A DNA stretch of 64,000 bases from Chara braunii (taxonomy: Eukaryota; Plantae; Charophyceae): contig BFEA01000019.1 in the NCBI GenBank assembly GCA_003427395.1, forward strand, positions 1,655,928-1,719,927, read 5' to 3'. The position numbers and the translations under genes are program-made. Each line of letters starts with the position of its first letter. The first letter of the stretch is position 1. This document shows, piece after piece, positions 1-11,709 of this stretch. Below the pieces are notes generated by a model, which saw only the letters and a list, made by a program, of their open reading frames with translations, ran no database searches and was not told where the DNA came from.

Positions 1-385
1 AAAAAAAAAAGAAGAAAAAAAGGGAAAAAATAAAAGGAAGAAAAAAAGGGAAAAAAAAAAAGGAAGAAAAAAAAGGGGAAAAAAAAAGTACTGAACAGTC
101 ATCTTGGAATTCGACAAAGGAGCAACGAGTTTAGCTTCTGCCGGAAAACTCACACGAGCACCGTTGTGAATGTATCTGACCGCACTTACAGCCAGAGGGG
201 GATGTATCTGGCCGCGAATCCGTTCAAAAATAAGTAAAAAAGTCCTACGGTAGTCTGATTTTGCCCTCAGTTGGAACACCAATGAGCTGTTGATGGACGT
301 TGATGAATTGAATTAAATAATTCTTTTTAATTTTTTTCCCTTAAAAAGAAAAAAAATAGTGTATAATTCTGAATTTCCTGGGCCC

Positions 386-648
386 GGGGCCAAGTCCCAC
401 TAGCAGCGTTGAGCTACCTCAACGCCGGAATCTGGACGTGTTTGTGGAGACGTGCATTTCAAGAAATGATTCTCATTCAAGAATAAAAGATTTGTCTGCA
501 AAAACTCCTTGTCCAGTTTTTTTTTAAGTCTTTTATTACAGTTAATAACATAGAAAGTAGATTCTCAACACCATTTCTGCACATCTCCGCAAAAACGTCC
601 AGATTCAGGCGTTGAGGTAGCTCAACGCTGCTAGTGGGACTTGGCCCC
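386..648. repeat. Foldback/MITE-like element, ~70-bp inverted arms (copy 1 of 3)
   Basis: GGGGCCAAGTCCCACTAGCAGCGTTGAGCTACCTCAACGCC...GTGCA at 386-456 is near-perfectly inverted at ~576-648. Each arm contains an internal hairpin, GCGTTGAG-ctac-CTCAACGC. Confidence 0.8.
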
Positions 649-916
649 CGGTCAACCCGATAATGATATCGCAAGACCGTCGCCCTTTTTCTTTTTGGGG
701 AAAAAAAAAAGAATTCGACAAAGATTATGTGGGAAAGGGAAGAAGGGAAAAGAAAAAAAAAAAGAAGAACGACTGTACTTGATTAACAAAAAACAAAAAA
801 AAGAAGATAAAAAAAAAACGGGAAAAATAGTGAAAACAGTGGCCATAGAAAAGGAAAAAGGAAGGAAAAAAAGAAAGAAAAAGAAGGAACAAAAAAAGTG
901 AGGAGGTGTTTTCTGG

Positions 917-1080
917 GGCCAAGTCCCACGGTAGCAGCGTTGAGCTACATCAACGCCTGAATCTGGACGTGTTTGTGGAGACGTGCAGTTCAGGAAACTC
1001 AACACCATTTCTGCACATCTCCGCAAAAACGTCCAGATTCAGGCGTTGAGGTAGCTCAACGCTGCTAGCGGGACTTGGCC
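917..1080. repeat. Foldback/MITE-like element (copy 2, shorter spacer)
   Basis: Same arms as 386-648, in inverted orientation to each other. Confidence 0.8.
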
Positions 1081-1129
1081 TCTGGGCTGATTTGTTCTTC
1101 ATCACAGGCCGAGATCCCACTTTTGCCTG

Positions 1130-1600
1130 GATCTTTCGTTTCTGGCCGTTGAATTGTATTTTTCTCTTTTTTAATTTTTGAATTTTAATTTCACTCTTTT
1201 TGACTTTTTATTATTTTAATTAAATTTACTTTTGTTGTTCGTCTTTTGCTTCTTGCAAGGAAAATCAGCGATCCCTCGTTTCTGGCCGTTGAATTGTCAT
1301 TTTTTTTTCCCCCCTTTTTTTCTTGCTTTTTTATTATTTTAATTCAATTTTCTTTCTTTATTATTAGTCGTTTGTTTCTGGTCGTTTCGTCCAGTCGATC
1401 GACGGTCCGAATCAGCGATCCCTCGTTTCTGGCCGTTGAATTGTCATTTTTTTTNCGATCCCTCGTTTCTGGCCGTTGAATTGTCATTTTTTTTAATTTT
1501 TTTTTTTTTTTTTTGCTTTTTTATTATTTTAATGAAAAGTTCTTTCTTTATTATTAGTCGTTTGTTTCTGGTGGTTTCGTCCAGTCGATCGACGGTACGA
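1130..1600 (+). repeat. Direct repeats of CGATCCCTCGTTTCTGGCCGTTGAATTGTC within a ~150-bp unit
   Basis: Motif at ~1130, 1269, 1416 and 1456. A single n at 1455 suggests part of it may be an assembly duplication. Confidence 0.7.
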
Positions 1601-1780
1601 AATAGATCCCATCGCGGACCTTCGATTGAAAAAGGTAAAGAAATTGGGAAAAGACAAAAAAAGTAAAAAAAAGTAAAAAAAAGAAAAGTCCAAAAAAGTT
1701 GAAAAAAAAAAGAACTCCAAAAAAAATGGGAAAAATAAAATAAAATAGACGCTGGGTCATTGTCCCCCTTGTCCCGAGGT

Positions 1781-1964
1781 CAAGTCCCACTCGCGCAGCG
1801 TTACGTTTCCTCAACGCCCCAATCCAATCTAAACGTGTTTGTGGAGATGTGCAGAAAAAATAATTCTGCACATCTCCACAAACATGTCCAGATTCGGGCG
1901 TTGGGGAAACGTCCAGATTCCGGCGTTGAGGAAACTCAACGCTCAACGCTGCTAGTGGGACTTG
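1781..1964. repeat. Foldback/MITE-like element (copy 3, diverged)
   Basis: CAAGTCCCAC...GTGGGACTTG ends with internally related sequence. Confidence 0.7.
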
Positions 1965-2115
1965 TGTGGAAACTCAATAATTCTGCACCTTTCCCCAAAC
2001 ACGTCCAGATTCCGGGTGATAACAGATACTCGCCGTACCAATCAATGCGCCATCATGAGACCACCAAGCCAATAGACAGACCTTGGAATGGGGCCGAAGA
2101 AAAGAAGAGGAAGGG

Positions 2116-2313
2116 GAAAGGGAAGGAAGAAAAAGGAGAAGAAGAAGAAGAAGAAGAAGAAGAAGAAGAAGAAGAAGAAGAATGATGACAAGCAATGGCC
2201 AATTGCTTCTGCACACGCTCACTGAGAATCAGCAATTGGCCATTGGTTGTCATCATTCTTCTTCTTCTTCTTCTTCTTCTTCTTCTTCTTCTCCTTTTTC
2301 TTCCTTCCCTTTT
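2116..2313. repeat. Palindrome with (GAA)n / (TTC)n arms
   Basis: GGGAAGGAAGAAAAAGGAGAA(GAA)nTGATGACAAGCAATGGCCAATTGCT is mirrored by AGCAATTGGCCATTGGTTGTCATCA(TTC)nTCTCCTTTTTCTTCCTTCCC. Confidence 0.85.
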
Positions 2314-2928
2314 TCTTCATACGTGTTACATGCTCAAACGCGCACGTTTCTTTTTTTCTTTTTCTTTTTTTTTTTCCCTCCTCTACATGTTTCAACCGGC
2401 TGCGGACCGGTCTCATGAGGAGGCGATCCGCGATAGCAGGCCTTTCGGCTCCCACCTGCACTATACCACCCATGAGAAGAAGAAGAAGAGAAGAGAAAAG
2501 AAGGGAAAGAAAGGGGAAGAAAACTGGGCCTCCGGGGCAAGTTCCCACTTAGCTGTGTTTTTTTTTTTTTTTCCTTAGTTTTTGAATGACCGTAGATCAC
2601 GCAAATCGACCGTCAAAAAAGAAAAAAAAGAAAAAAAAATCAAACGTCAAAAACTGAGAGAGAATCGAGTGGCTTGAAAGAAAAAAAATAATTAAAAAAA
2701 TGGGGCCGTGGCCCAGTAGAATCTCTCTCTCGTTGTTGTTTTTTTCGTTGTTTTTTTCTTTTTTTTTTTGTTGAAATGGGATAGTTTCGTGGAAGGGCCG
2801 TTTTTTATTTTTTAATTTTTTTCACTTTTTCCTTTACTTTTAAACTCGTTCGATTCTGTCGGGACTCGAACTCCTTTCGGAACAAAAAAAAAAAAAAAAA
2901 AAAAAGTGTTGCAATATCGATGACCCCA

Positions 2929-2965
<37 letters not shown>

Positions 2966-3296
2966 CTTTTTTAAGGATGACCCCATCTTGATCGTTTTTC
3001 TTTTTTTTCCAGAAAAGAAAAAAGTATATCGTAAAGTCAACTGTTGATGAATCAGATGAAGACAATTTAATAATTTAGTAAAAATAAAAACAAAAAAACA
3101 AAAAAACAACCCACGTTTTTTTTTTCTAGTCAAATTTTCATCTGAAAAGTACGACAATACTCAAATAATTTAGTACAAATAAAAACAAAAAAACAACCCA
3201 CGTTTTTTGTCTTTTCTTTCCCTTAATTTAAATGAAGCTTATATGATTTATATCTCAGTCGTGCAACCCACTTCTTCTTCTTTTTTTTTCCCTTCT

Positions 3297-3390
3297 TAAT
3301 TTGGACCGTTTCTCGATTCATATGTGCCATCCTTGCGTAGGGGCCATTTTTTTTTTTTTCCCCCTTCTCCTTCTGTACCGTTCCATTTTA
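3297..3390 (-). pseudogene. U6: Degenerate U6 snRNA copy
   Basis: Reverse complement reads ...ATGGAACGGTACAGAAGG...ATGGCCCCTACGCAAGGATGGCACATATGAATCGAGAAACGGTCCAAATT. This matches the U6 middle and 3' part, interrupted by a homopolymer run. Confidence 0.75.
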
Positions 3391-3635
3391 TTTTTATTTA
3401 TGTATTTATTTATTTTTCCAATTTATTTTTGTTTTCCCCGGGTACCCTTCCTTTTTTTTTTCTTTTTTTTGAGGGGGGGAGGGGATGTAGCAATGTGCAA
3501 ATCTGAAAAAAAAAAAAGCGAAAAAAAAAAAGCTAATGAACGAATCATGAGATCAGATGGGTACCATAATGTTAGGGGCCCCATTCTTTGATAGGAAGCA
3601 AAAAAAAAAAGAGAAGAAAAAAGGGAGGACTTCCT

Positions 3636-3975
3636 TTGACGTATCTGACGACAACAACGGCCAGACTCAGCCCAAAAAGAAAACAGGTCGTAGAGTAGTG
3701 GGAGTGTTAGGGACTACGTTCTTTGAGCGTTAGAAAGAAAAAAAATGTGCAGGACTTTCTTTGACGTACCTGACCACACCCGTAGGTCAGATTCAGCCAA
3801 AGAAAAACAAAAGTCATAGGGAAAGAGTATACGGCTGTTGTAGCTCGAGCGATTTGTTCGATCCTCAAAGATTTGATCGAGGTTTGACGTACCTGATCAC
3901 ACCCGTAGGTCAGATTCAGCCAAAGAAAAAAGAAAGTCATAGGGGAGGAGTGTATGGCTATTGTAGCTCGAGCGG
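3636..3975 (+). repeat. ~120-bp tandem repeat, three units
   Basis: TTTGACGTA(C/T)CTGA...CAGA(T/C)TCAGCC(A/C)AA at ~3635, 3760 and 3883. Confidence 0.75.
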
Positions 3976-4666
3976 TTTTTGATCGATCCTCAAAGATTTG
4001 ATCGAGGTCCTCGTTTCACTACCCCCCGCCAAATGATGGGGAAATCGTTCGTGAGTGTGTATCTTGTGCGAGAACGTGGCCTGATACATTCGGTATTATC
4101 CCCAAATTAGCGAGTGGTGGAAGGAGGCGGCTCCTCTCTTGAGAGCCGTACCAGCAGCGCTAATTATTGGGAGCGGGGTCGGGATCGGGTTCATGATCGG
4201 GGTGCGTTGTGTTCGAGGAAGACGGACAGTCTTAAACATTGCCAACTAATTAACGAAAACATTATTAACTAATTAGTAATTAACGAATTCGAGGAAGACG
4301 GGCAGTCTTGAACTAATTAACGAATTCGAGGACTACGGGGAGCTTCATTGTTATTCTTTGGTTATTGAAAACCGATTCGAGATTCTTTCTTTGCATATTT
4401 GCGCCGTGGCTATCACGGTTATGCATCATGTGTGGACTATCTTTGTCTGCAGTTTTTCTCATTGAAGCAATTAGGCTTTGGCTGGATTCTTCATCTCTGG
4501 CGTCTGGTCTTCAATATCTTTTTTTTTTTTTTTTTTTTTTTCCAAAAATTTTACGGCCGGCCGCATCCAAAAAAATCTAAATAATTTGGTAAATATTAAT
4601 ATAAAAGAAAAAGAAGAAAAAGAAAGGAGAAAATAAAAGAAAAATGCAGGGTCCAGGTTAGTCGGG

Positions 4667-5621
4667 NNNNNNNNNNNNNNNNNNNNNNNNNNNNNNNNNN
4701 NNNNNNNNNNNNNNNNNNNNNNNNNNNNNNNNNNNNNNNNNNNNNNNNNNNNNNNNNNNNNNNNNNNNNNNNNNNNNNNNNNNNNNNNNNNNNNNNNNNN
4801 NNNNNNNNNNNNNNNNNNNNNNNNNNNNNNNNNNNNNNNNNNNNNNNNNNNNNNNNNNNNNNNNNNNNNNNNNNNNNNNNNNNNNNNNNNNNNNNNNNNN
4901 NNNNNNNNNNNNNNNNNNNNNNNNNNNNNNNNNNNNNNNNNNNNNNNNNNNNNNNNNNNNNNNNNNNNNNNNNNNNNNNNNNNNNNNNNNNNNNNNNNNN
5001 NNNNNNNNNNNNNNNNNNNNNNNNNNNNNNNNNNNNNNNNNNNNNNNNNNNNNNNNNNNNNNNNNNNNNNNNNNNNNNNNNNNNNNNNNNNNNNNNNNNN
5101 NNNNNNNNNNNNNNNNNNNNNNNNNNNNNNNNNNNNNNNNNNNNNNNNNNNNNNNNNNNNNNNNNNNNNNNNNNNNNNNNNNNNNNNNNNNNNNNNNNNN
5201 NNNNNNNNNNNNNNNNNNNNNNNNNNNNNNNNNNNNNNNNNNNNNNNNNNNNNNNNNNNNNNNNNNNNNNNNNNNNNNNNNNNNNNNNNNNNNNNNNNNN
5301 NNNNNNNNNNNNNNNNNNNNNNNNNNNNNNNNNNNNNNNNNNNNNNNNNNNNNNNNNNNNNNNNNNNNNNNNNNNNNNNNNNNNNNNNNNNNNNNNNNNN
5401 NNNNNNNNNNNNNNNNNNNNNNNNNNNNNNNNNNNNNNNNNNNNNNNNNNNNNNNNNNNNNNNNNNNNNNNNNNNNNNNNNNNNNNNNNNNNNNNNNNNN
5501 NNNNNNNNNNNNNNNNNNNNNNNNNNNNNNNNNNNNNNNNNNNNNNNNNNNNNNNNNNNNNNNNNNNNNNNNNNNNNNNNNNNNNNNNNNNNNNNNNNNN
5601 NNNNNNNNNNNNNNNNNNNNN
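4667..5621. other. Assembly gap (other gaps at 11710-11838, 22093-22416, 37875-37899, 49620-49819, 61452-62211)
   Basis: Runs of N. Confidence 0.99.
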
Positions 5622-6803
5622 AAAAAAAAAAAAAAAAAAAGCTTTAAAATTGGTAAAGAATTTCGATGTGACCCTGAGGCAAAAGTTGTTCAGTTTATTT
5701 TTCTGCATAGCATAGGTTTTTTTTCCGGATTTTTTGGATTTTTTTTTTTTCGCTGGGACCCTCCCTGGTCCTTGCACGGCCGGGCCGCCTGGGAAAACAG
5801 GATGACCCGGGCGGCCCGGCTCGTAGCCTAGCTTCCAAAGATGTAAAAATAAATAATACTAATTCAAAAATAATTAAAAAATAAAATAAAATGAAAGATG
5901 GAATCTATCGTTGTAGATCGGCAGTATCTATCATCGGATTGTTGGATGAGCAAAATCAATTGCCGGCTTTTTTTCTTTGTTTTTTTCCTTTCAATTGCCG
6001 CTTTTTTTCTTCTCCCATGGAAAGTGGAGCCGCCCCAGTTCTTATCCGCGTAGAATTGTGAGGTCTCCGTTCTCGAATGCATTCTTTGAATTATATGAGA
6101 CACTTTTTCAAAAAAAAAAAAAAAAAAAAAGAAGACAGTGTAGTCCTCATGATGGGCATCTGCCTGGGAAACTGCTCTGAATACTGATCTGCCAACCCCA
6201 CGTTCTATTCGGGAGAACATGGCTACCCTACGGTATTCCTCTTGTTCTCCCCCCAAACCCCTTTCTCATTTTTGTCGTGTTGTGCCTGTGCAGGATCCTG
6301 TTGACGTCATCATCTTCATCTCCTTATCATCACCTTCACCATCATCATCATCAGCAGCAGCAGCAGAAGCAGGAGAAGCAGCAGCAGCAGCAGGAGGAGA
6401 AGAAGAGTTTCTGGACTGTTTATATATACATATATATAGATATACACAGCATTCCATGTTGTTGAGCCAATCAATGGAGGCCGTTGATTTGCTGCAATCA
6501 ATGGGACATCATAGCGGTTTTGCTGGGATGGAGAACCCTCTCCTAGATAACATATCAGGTTGGCCTTCACCCTCTCCCCCGCCCCCGCACCGTGGTCCCC
6601 CACCCACCCCCCAACAACCCCCAACCATTAAACCCCCCACGACTCCCCACAAACCCCATCCTACAGTTCCCACCGACCACCCACAGCCCCCCACCCAGAT
6701 CATGAGGAAGGGGGGGGGGGGGGTCCCTATCACCAGGTGCAGGGTCCCACATAACGCTAAACTGGCCAGATTTGTACTGGCTTTGTTGGGGGGGGTGTAA
6801 CTA

Positions 6804-6916
6804 CCTTCTTCCCCCGAACACAAGGCAACGTCATTATTGACTGCATCTTACCGGAAAGATGGCTTATATACATTCAGAATCAGGTTGCGTTATGTTCGGG
6901 GTTGGGGCGAAGACGG
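6804..6916. mobile_element. Tc1/mariner-type MITE (TA target), degenerate copy
   Basis: TA|CCTTCTTCCCCCGAACA ... TGTTCGGGG..GAAGACGG|TA. Same family as 15932-16037; TIR-like fragments also near 4205-4227, 4287 and 15395. Confidence 0.6.
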
Positions 6917-6980
6917 TAGGTGGGTCCCACTTATTAGCTCCATCATATTAGCACCCGTGTATGGCCAAAGGGTGTGCTAA

Positions 6981-7393
6981 GGGCGTCGTTCCACACTCCT
7001 CGGGGCATCCTCGGGCTCCGAGGATGAATCCTTGGAAAAGTTAAAGGTTTTTGTCGTCTTCGTTCCACTCATACTCGGAGCATCGGTTTTAGGACTCATC
7101 CTCAGAGCAATGTCAGAAAAATAAAAGGAAAAAAAAAAGAAAAAAAGTTGTGCTTCAGGCTTTCAGCCAATAGGGTGCTGCCACGATCACGTCTCTCTAC
7201 GTGCATGCGCTCTCCTCTCCGTTAATCGCGGATCCTCGGGCTCCGAGGACGATTCGGCTGGGAAATCCTCGGAGCCCGAGGATTTGTCCTCGGAGTGTTT
7301 TCACATTTTCATTTCCGATTTCATCTCCGAGGACAGGTGGAACAACGACGGAATCCTTGGAATCGCGTCCCCGAGGAGTGTCGAACGACGCCC
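6981..7393. mobile_element. PIF/Harbinger (Tourist-like) MITE
   Basis: 25-bp TIRs GGGCGTCGTTC(C/G)ACACTCCTCGGGG. TAA duplication at 6978-6980 and 7394-7396. Internal TCCTCGG/CCGAGGA subterminal motifs. Confidence 0.85.
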
Positions 7394-8036
7394 TAAGTGC
7401 TGGGTCGGTGACGGAAAAAAAACTGACCAGATGCGTTCGAACTTAGCACGAACATGGCACAGGTAAGGCTAAGGCCCATTGGTGCTAGGACGATAAGCAA
7501 AGACAACCCAAGTCTGACTCAAAGTGAAATCAAGTCTGACTCATTCTTTGATCTTAATTGGCCTTTCTTTCTTTTTTGCTTCTTCATCCAGCCTAACTTA
7601 TCCGGAAAAACTGTCAGCTTAGTACGAATGTCGTTTTGAGGGCGGCCGGAAGGTCACCTATAGTTATCAAAGTGTGCGACCGAACTTCACACTAGGGGCA
7701 TATGGCTGACCTTCAAGTGGCAACAGTAGAGGAAACAAAGCTGGTTTTGACCAACAGCAGGCAGAGGGCCGAAGGCCAGCGTGCATTCGCGTGCTTCCCC
7801 AAGTGCACAAGGCCGAAGGGTTGCAGGGTATGCTTGCATACCCCGAAAACGACCGCTCTTTGAGCCGCCTCATCTCGTATAAGCGCTGAAGTCAAATCAA
7901 GTCTGACTCAAAGTCAAATCAAGTCTGCAAAGTCAAACGAAGTCTGACTCGAGTGCAAGAACACATAACCACACCTGCGCTGTCATGGACGAGATAGATA
8001 GCAAACAATATGTGAAGAATCACGAAACAGGTCTCC

Positions 8037-8226
8037 TTAAAACACCAGTACCTCCTAAAAGTGCTCCGCGATAACGGCCAGCCAAAAGTGGAAATCGCGC
8101 CAGCCAAAAGTGGAAATCGCGCTGTTTCCACTTGGCTGAATCGCGGCTACCGGCCCAGGCCCGTTCATCCCAAAAGCCACGCCCGTTCGGAGCACTTTTA
8201 AGGTCCTGGAGGTACTGGTGGTTTAA
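8037..8226. mobile_element. TTAA-flanked MITE-like inverted repeat
   Basis: TTAAAACACCAGTACCTCC..TAAAAGTGCTCCG is inverted as CGGAGCACTTTTA...GGAGGTACTGGTGGTTTAA. Related CCACC/GGTGG+TTAA ends occur at ~15571-15812. Confidence 0.55.
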
Positions 8227-8494
8227 ACCACAAGTACACTTCCCCAGCCTTGCAGTCTGGAACTTGTCGCCACCAGAAAATGACGCCGAGCCGAAACGTC
8301 AAACGCTTGGGCCGCCGTTGATTAATTCGATCAGCGGTCGCGTTTCCGTTTCACGCCTCCAGAGTTTGAGGTGTGAGGCCCGCGGCCCAGACGCCCATGT
8401 ACTGGTGAGCCAACAAAACAAGAGACCAGCCACAGACAATCATTGGTGCTATGCCGGTCCTCTAAGTACTGGTTTGAAGTTTAAATGGGCATCT

Positions 8495-8525
<31 letters not shown>

Positions 8526-8526
8526 T

Positions 8527-8606
8527 TTGGACTATTTCTCGATATGTGGTGTCATCCCTGCGTAGGGGCCTTGCTAATTACCTCTCTCTGTATTGTTCCT
8601 AAGTTT
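8527..8606 (-). pseudogene. U6: Retroposed U6 snRNA copy with A-rich tail
   Basis: Reverse complement is GGAACAATACAGAGAGAGGTAATTAGCAAGGCCCCTACGCAGGGATGACACCACATATCGAGAAATAGTCCAA, followed by poly(A) (T-run 8493-8528 on +). Confidence 0.8.
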
Positions 8607-8952
8607 CAAAAATAGCGTGTCGTGGTAGTTTCACAGCAAAAGTATTGGTGGGACCCAAGTTTCGGTGCAAAAATATATCTTTCGGTGCAGCTTTAGAGGT
8701 CCCGCCACCGGTAGTTTCACAGCGAAAAAAAAAATATTCGCAGGCGGGGGGGTTCCACCCACTTTCCTTGCAAAAAAAATAGATCTTTTGGACCCATACA
8801 ACTTTTATCTTTTCTTTTCTTTTCTTTCTTCTTCGACCCGGGGTAATAAAAACATGACAATCTGGATTCTGGAAGCCTTACCCAGTTTCGCTTTTTACGA
8901 GAGACCCAAAGCGGACCCCGTTGCATCACAGAGTACTTAGAATTGCCCTCCG

Positions 8953-9068
8953 CTATCCTCCTTCCTATCCTCCTTCCTATCCTCCTTCCTATCCTCCTTC
9001 CTACCCTCCTTCCTATCATCCTTCCTATCCTCCTTCCTACCCTCCTTCCTATCCTCCTTCCTATCCTA
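8953..9068 (+). repeat. 12-bp minisatellite (CCTATCCTCCTT)n
   Basis: About 9 tandem units are visible. Confidence 0.95.
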
Positions 9069-9544
9069 ATACAATCTAAAGATGAACTCTTCTTAGAGAT
9101 TTCCATCATAACTGAAGCCGCAACCCTTCACCCTTTGCAGAGACTATTGCTATGTCTAATTCACAACCGACCAACCACGTCGTCACTTGCTACTTTTAAA
9201 AAAAAGTATAATAAATCAAAACCTCTGTTTCTACGGTAGGGATCAATGTTTCCTATCGTTGACACCAAGATAAACACACAGTAGTTTTAGATCTTTCCCA
9301 CTTGCAAAACAGATTCCCTACCACTCTACTTCCAGCGGAGAACCCATGGCGGTTCTATGCTGTACTGTACCCTCTTGTCTCCCTGTAACCCCCAGGGAGC
9401 CAGTCTGAGCTTGCCTTCCGTTGTTATGGAGGCTAGCTCGTTATCTTTCGTCCAGTTGATTTCAGCTTCGATGAGGGTTTTGGAGCCTTGCTGCACTACC
9501 TCACCAATTACCCCCCCCCCCCTCCTCCTCCTTTTTTTTTCCCC

Positions 9545-9668
9545 TGAAAAACTCCGACTGGGGCCTGCTCGGAGTGCTCATATGAGCAGCCACTCCTAGC
9601 AGCCTCCTGGCCGGCTCCTGTCTATCGGTGGGGAGCTTCACCCTGCTGGAAAATGGGTCCAGCGTCCC
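9545..9668 (-). mobile_element. L1-type LINE 3' structured tail (diverged long form)
   Basis: Reverse complement is GGGACGCTGGACCCATTTTCCAGCAGGGTGAAGCTCCCCACCGATAGACAGGAGC..., followed by an A-run. Confidence 0.75.
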
Positions 9669-10194
9669 TTTAGACAACGCCCGTTTGCCAGAGAGTAGTC
9701 TGAATTTGTGCGGATGTCACCAACAATGCACGCACTCCCAGTCTGCAATTCGGACCATGGGACATCCTAATTTTGTGCTCCCTTTCGTATGTTTTGTGTT
9801 GGTCTTGTACAGCATCTCCTGGGAGTGAGCGGCACTTCACACCATGGGACATGGCGCTTTGGGAAAGGGAAATGATGAAGTTGGCGAGTCAAGGGGCATC
9901 TGTTGAGGGCAGCATTGGTTGCAAGAGTCCCATAGGTCCCATGTGTGCCATGGGTACCATGCATCCGATGGAGGTATTGGGCCCAGCGACTCTTGTGAAT
10001 CAGCAGGCATATGAAACCTTCCGCGACCGGCTGAGCATGGACGGGTGCCAGATGGCCACAGAGACGTCGATGGGTTTCCGCGGTTGCTTAGAGGATGGTG
10101 TGGGAGCGGGACCAGAGATGGATATTCGGTCGCCGCCGGCAAGTGAGGGTCACGAGGCGTTAGAGCGTTGGCTGTATGAGAGAGCAGCAGGTGA

Positions 10195-10930
10195 GACTTG
10201 CTGGCAATTGTTGGGACTTGCTGGGACTTGCTAGGACTTACTGGGACTTGCTGGGACTTGCTGGGACTTGCTGGGACACACCGAGTTCCATACTAGACTT
10301 CGATGGGCCAACTGTCCTTCTGGTATCCGCTGCGATCCGCTGCGATCTGCCGGGATCCACCGCGATCTGCTGTGATCTTCTGGGATCTGCTGGGACTTGC
10401 TGGGACATTACAAGTTCCATTGTGGACTTTCAATTTGCTGGGACTTGCTGGGACACTTGCTGGGACATGCTGGGACATAACAAGTTCCATTGTGAACTTC
10501 AATTTGCTGGGACTTGCTGGGACATAACAAGTTCCATTGTGGACTTCAATTTGCTGGGACTTGCTGGGACATAACAAGTTCCATTGTTGACTTCAATTTG
10601 CTGGGACTTGCTGGGACATAAAAAGTTCCATTCAATGTGCTGGGACTTGCTGGGACAAAACAAGTCCCATCGTGCGCTTTTGGGACTTGCTGGGACATGA
10701 CAAGTTCCATCATACACGTTTTTGTGATCTGCTGGGACTTGATAAGACAACCCATAATAAGCCCCATCATACACTTCTGTGGGTCAATTGTTCCTTACTG
10801 GTACGTGCTGGGGCTTGTTGGGACTTGCAGGTACATAACAAGTTCCATCATGGACTTCTGTGGGTCAGCTGTTCCTTCAGGACTTGCTGGCACTCGCCGG
10901 GACATGTTGGGACTTGCTGGGAGACATAAC
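10195..10930 (+). repeat. Minisatellite built on GCTGGGACTT with a ~47-bp higher-order unit
   Basis: Repeated GCTGGGACTTGCTGGGACATAACAAGTTCCATTGTGGACTTCAATTT. Confidence 0.9.
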
Positions 10931-11474
10931 GCACTCCGTTATGCTGTGTGCACCAATGTTCTTTCTGGGACCACAAGTCCCAAAAGTGTATGGGACTTCA
11001 CGGGACTCGATGGGACTCGATGGGACTCGATGGAAGATAACAGGGTCCAATGATTATTGACTGCTGTTGCCCCATTGTTCCGTCTGCGACTCTCTGGGAC
11101 TTGTTGGAACAGAGCAAGGCCATCATCGATGACCGTGGGCTCGCACAGCTTCCCCTGTGCGGCTCAAGTGTCTGATGGTGAGTTGAACTGAGTTCCATAC
11201 ACTTGTAAATAGTATGCCATGTTAGGCTATGACCAGCTTTTTTTTTTTTTTTTTTTTGAGCACTCGTACCTAGTCTAGAGTTGGCAAATTAGGGAAAACG
11301 GGCTGTTCCCGACGACTTCGGAGGCCGGGGCTGACGACAGCTGCCATTGATAAACCCCATCGGCTGCCGTCTGTTCGTCCCGGCCTCCTTAACGGTCCGA
11401 GGCCCGCTATTTTCCCACTCGGCAAAGGTACTAATGGCTTAAGGCTCTCACCAGAACAATAACTGCAGTCTGAT

Positions 11475-11613
11475 GAATGGGCAAATTAAGTTGCAGAAGG
11501 ATCCGGTAGCCGAAACCTCCTTACATGTTTTATGGTGTGGGGCTCAGGCCCTGCTCTGTTACTGTTAGGAGGTTTTGGCTACCGGACCCTTCTGCAACTT
11601 AATTTGCCCATTC
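11475..11613. repeat. Long hairpin, 51-bp arms
   Basis: 11475-11525 is the reverse complement of 11563-11613 with 3 differences. Confidence 0.9.
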
Positions 11614-11657
11614 TTTGCCTCTGCTGTTTCCCCTAGTCAGCAATCTGACTCCCCCCC

Positions 11658-11709
<52 letters not shown>

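Noticed and set aside
4000-4200. Possible hammerhead or C/D snoRNA
   Set aside because: GAAAC stem present but no CTGANGA core; box C is imperfect and no convincing terminal stem was found.
10380-10640. CRISPR-like repeat array
   Set aside because: Units are tandem without unique spacers, the context is eukaryotic, and there are no cas genes.
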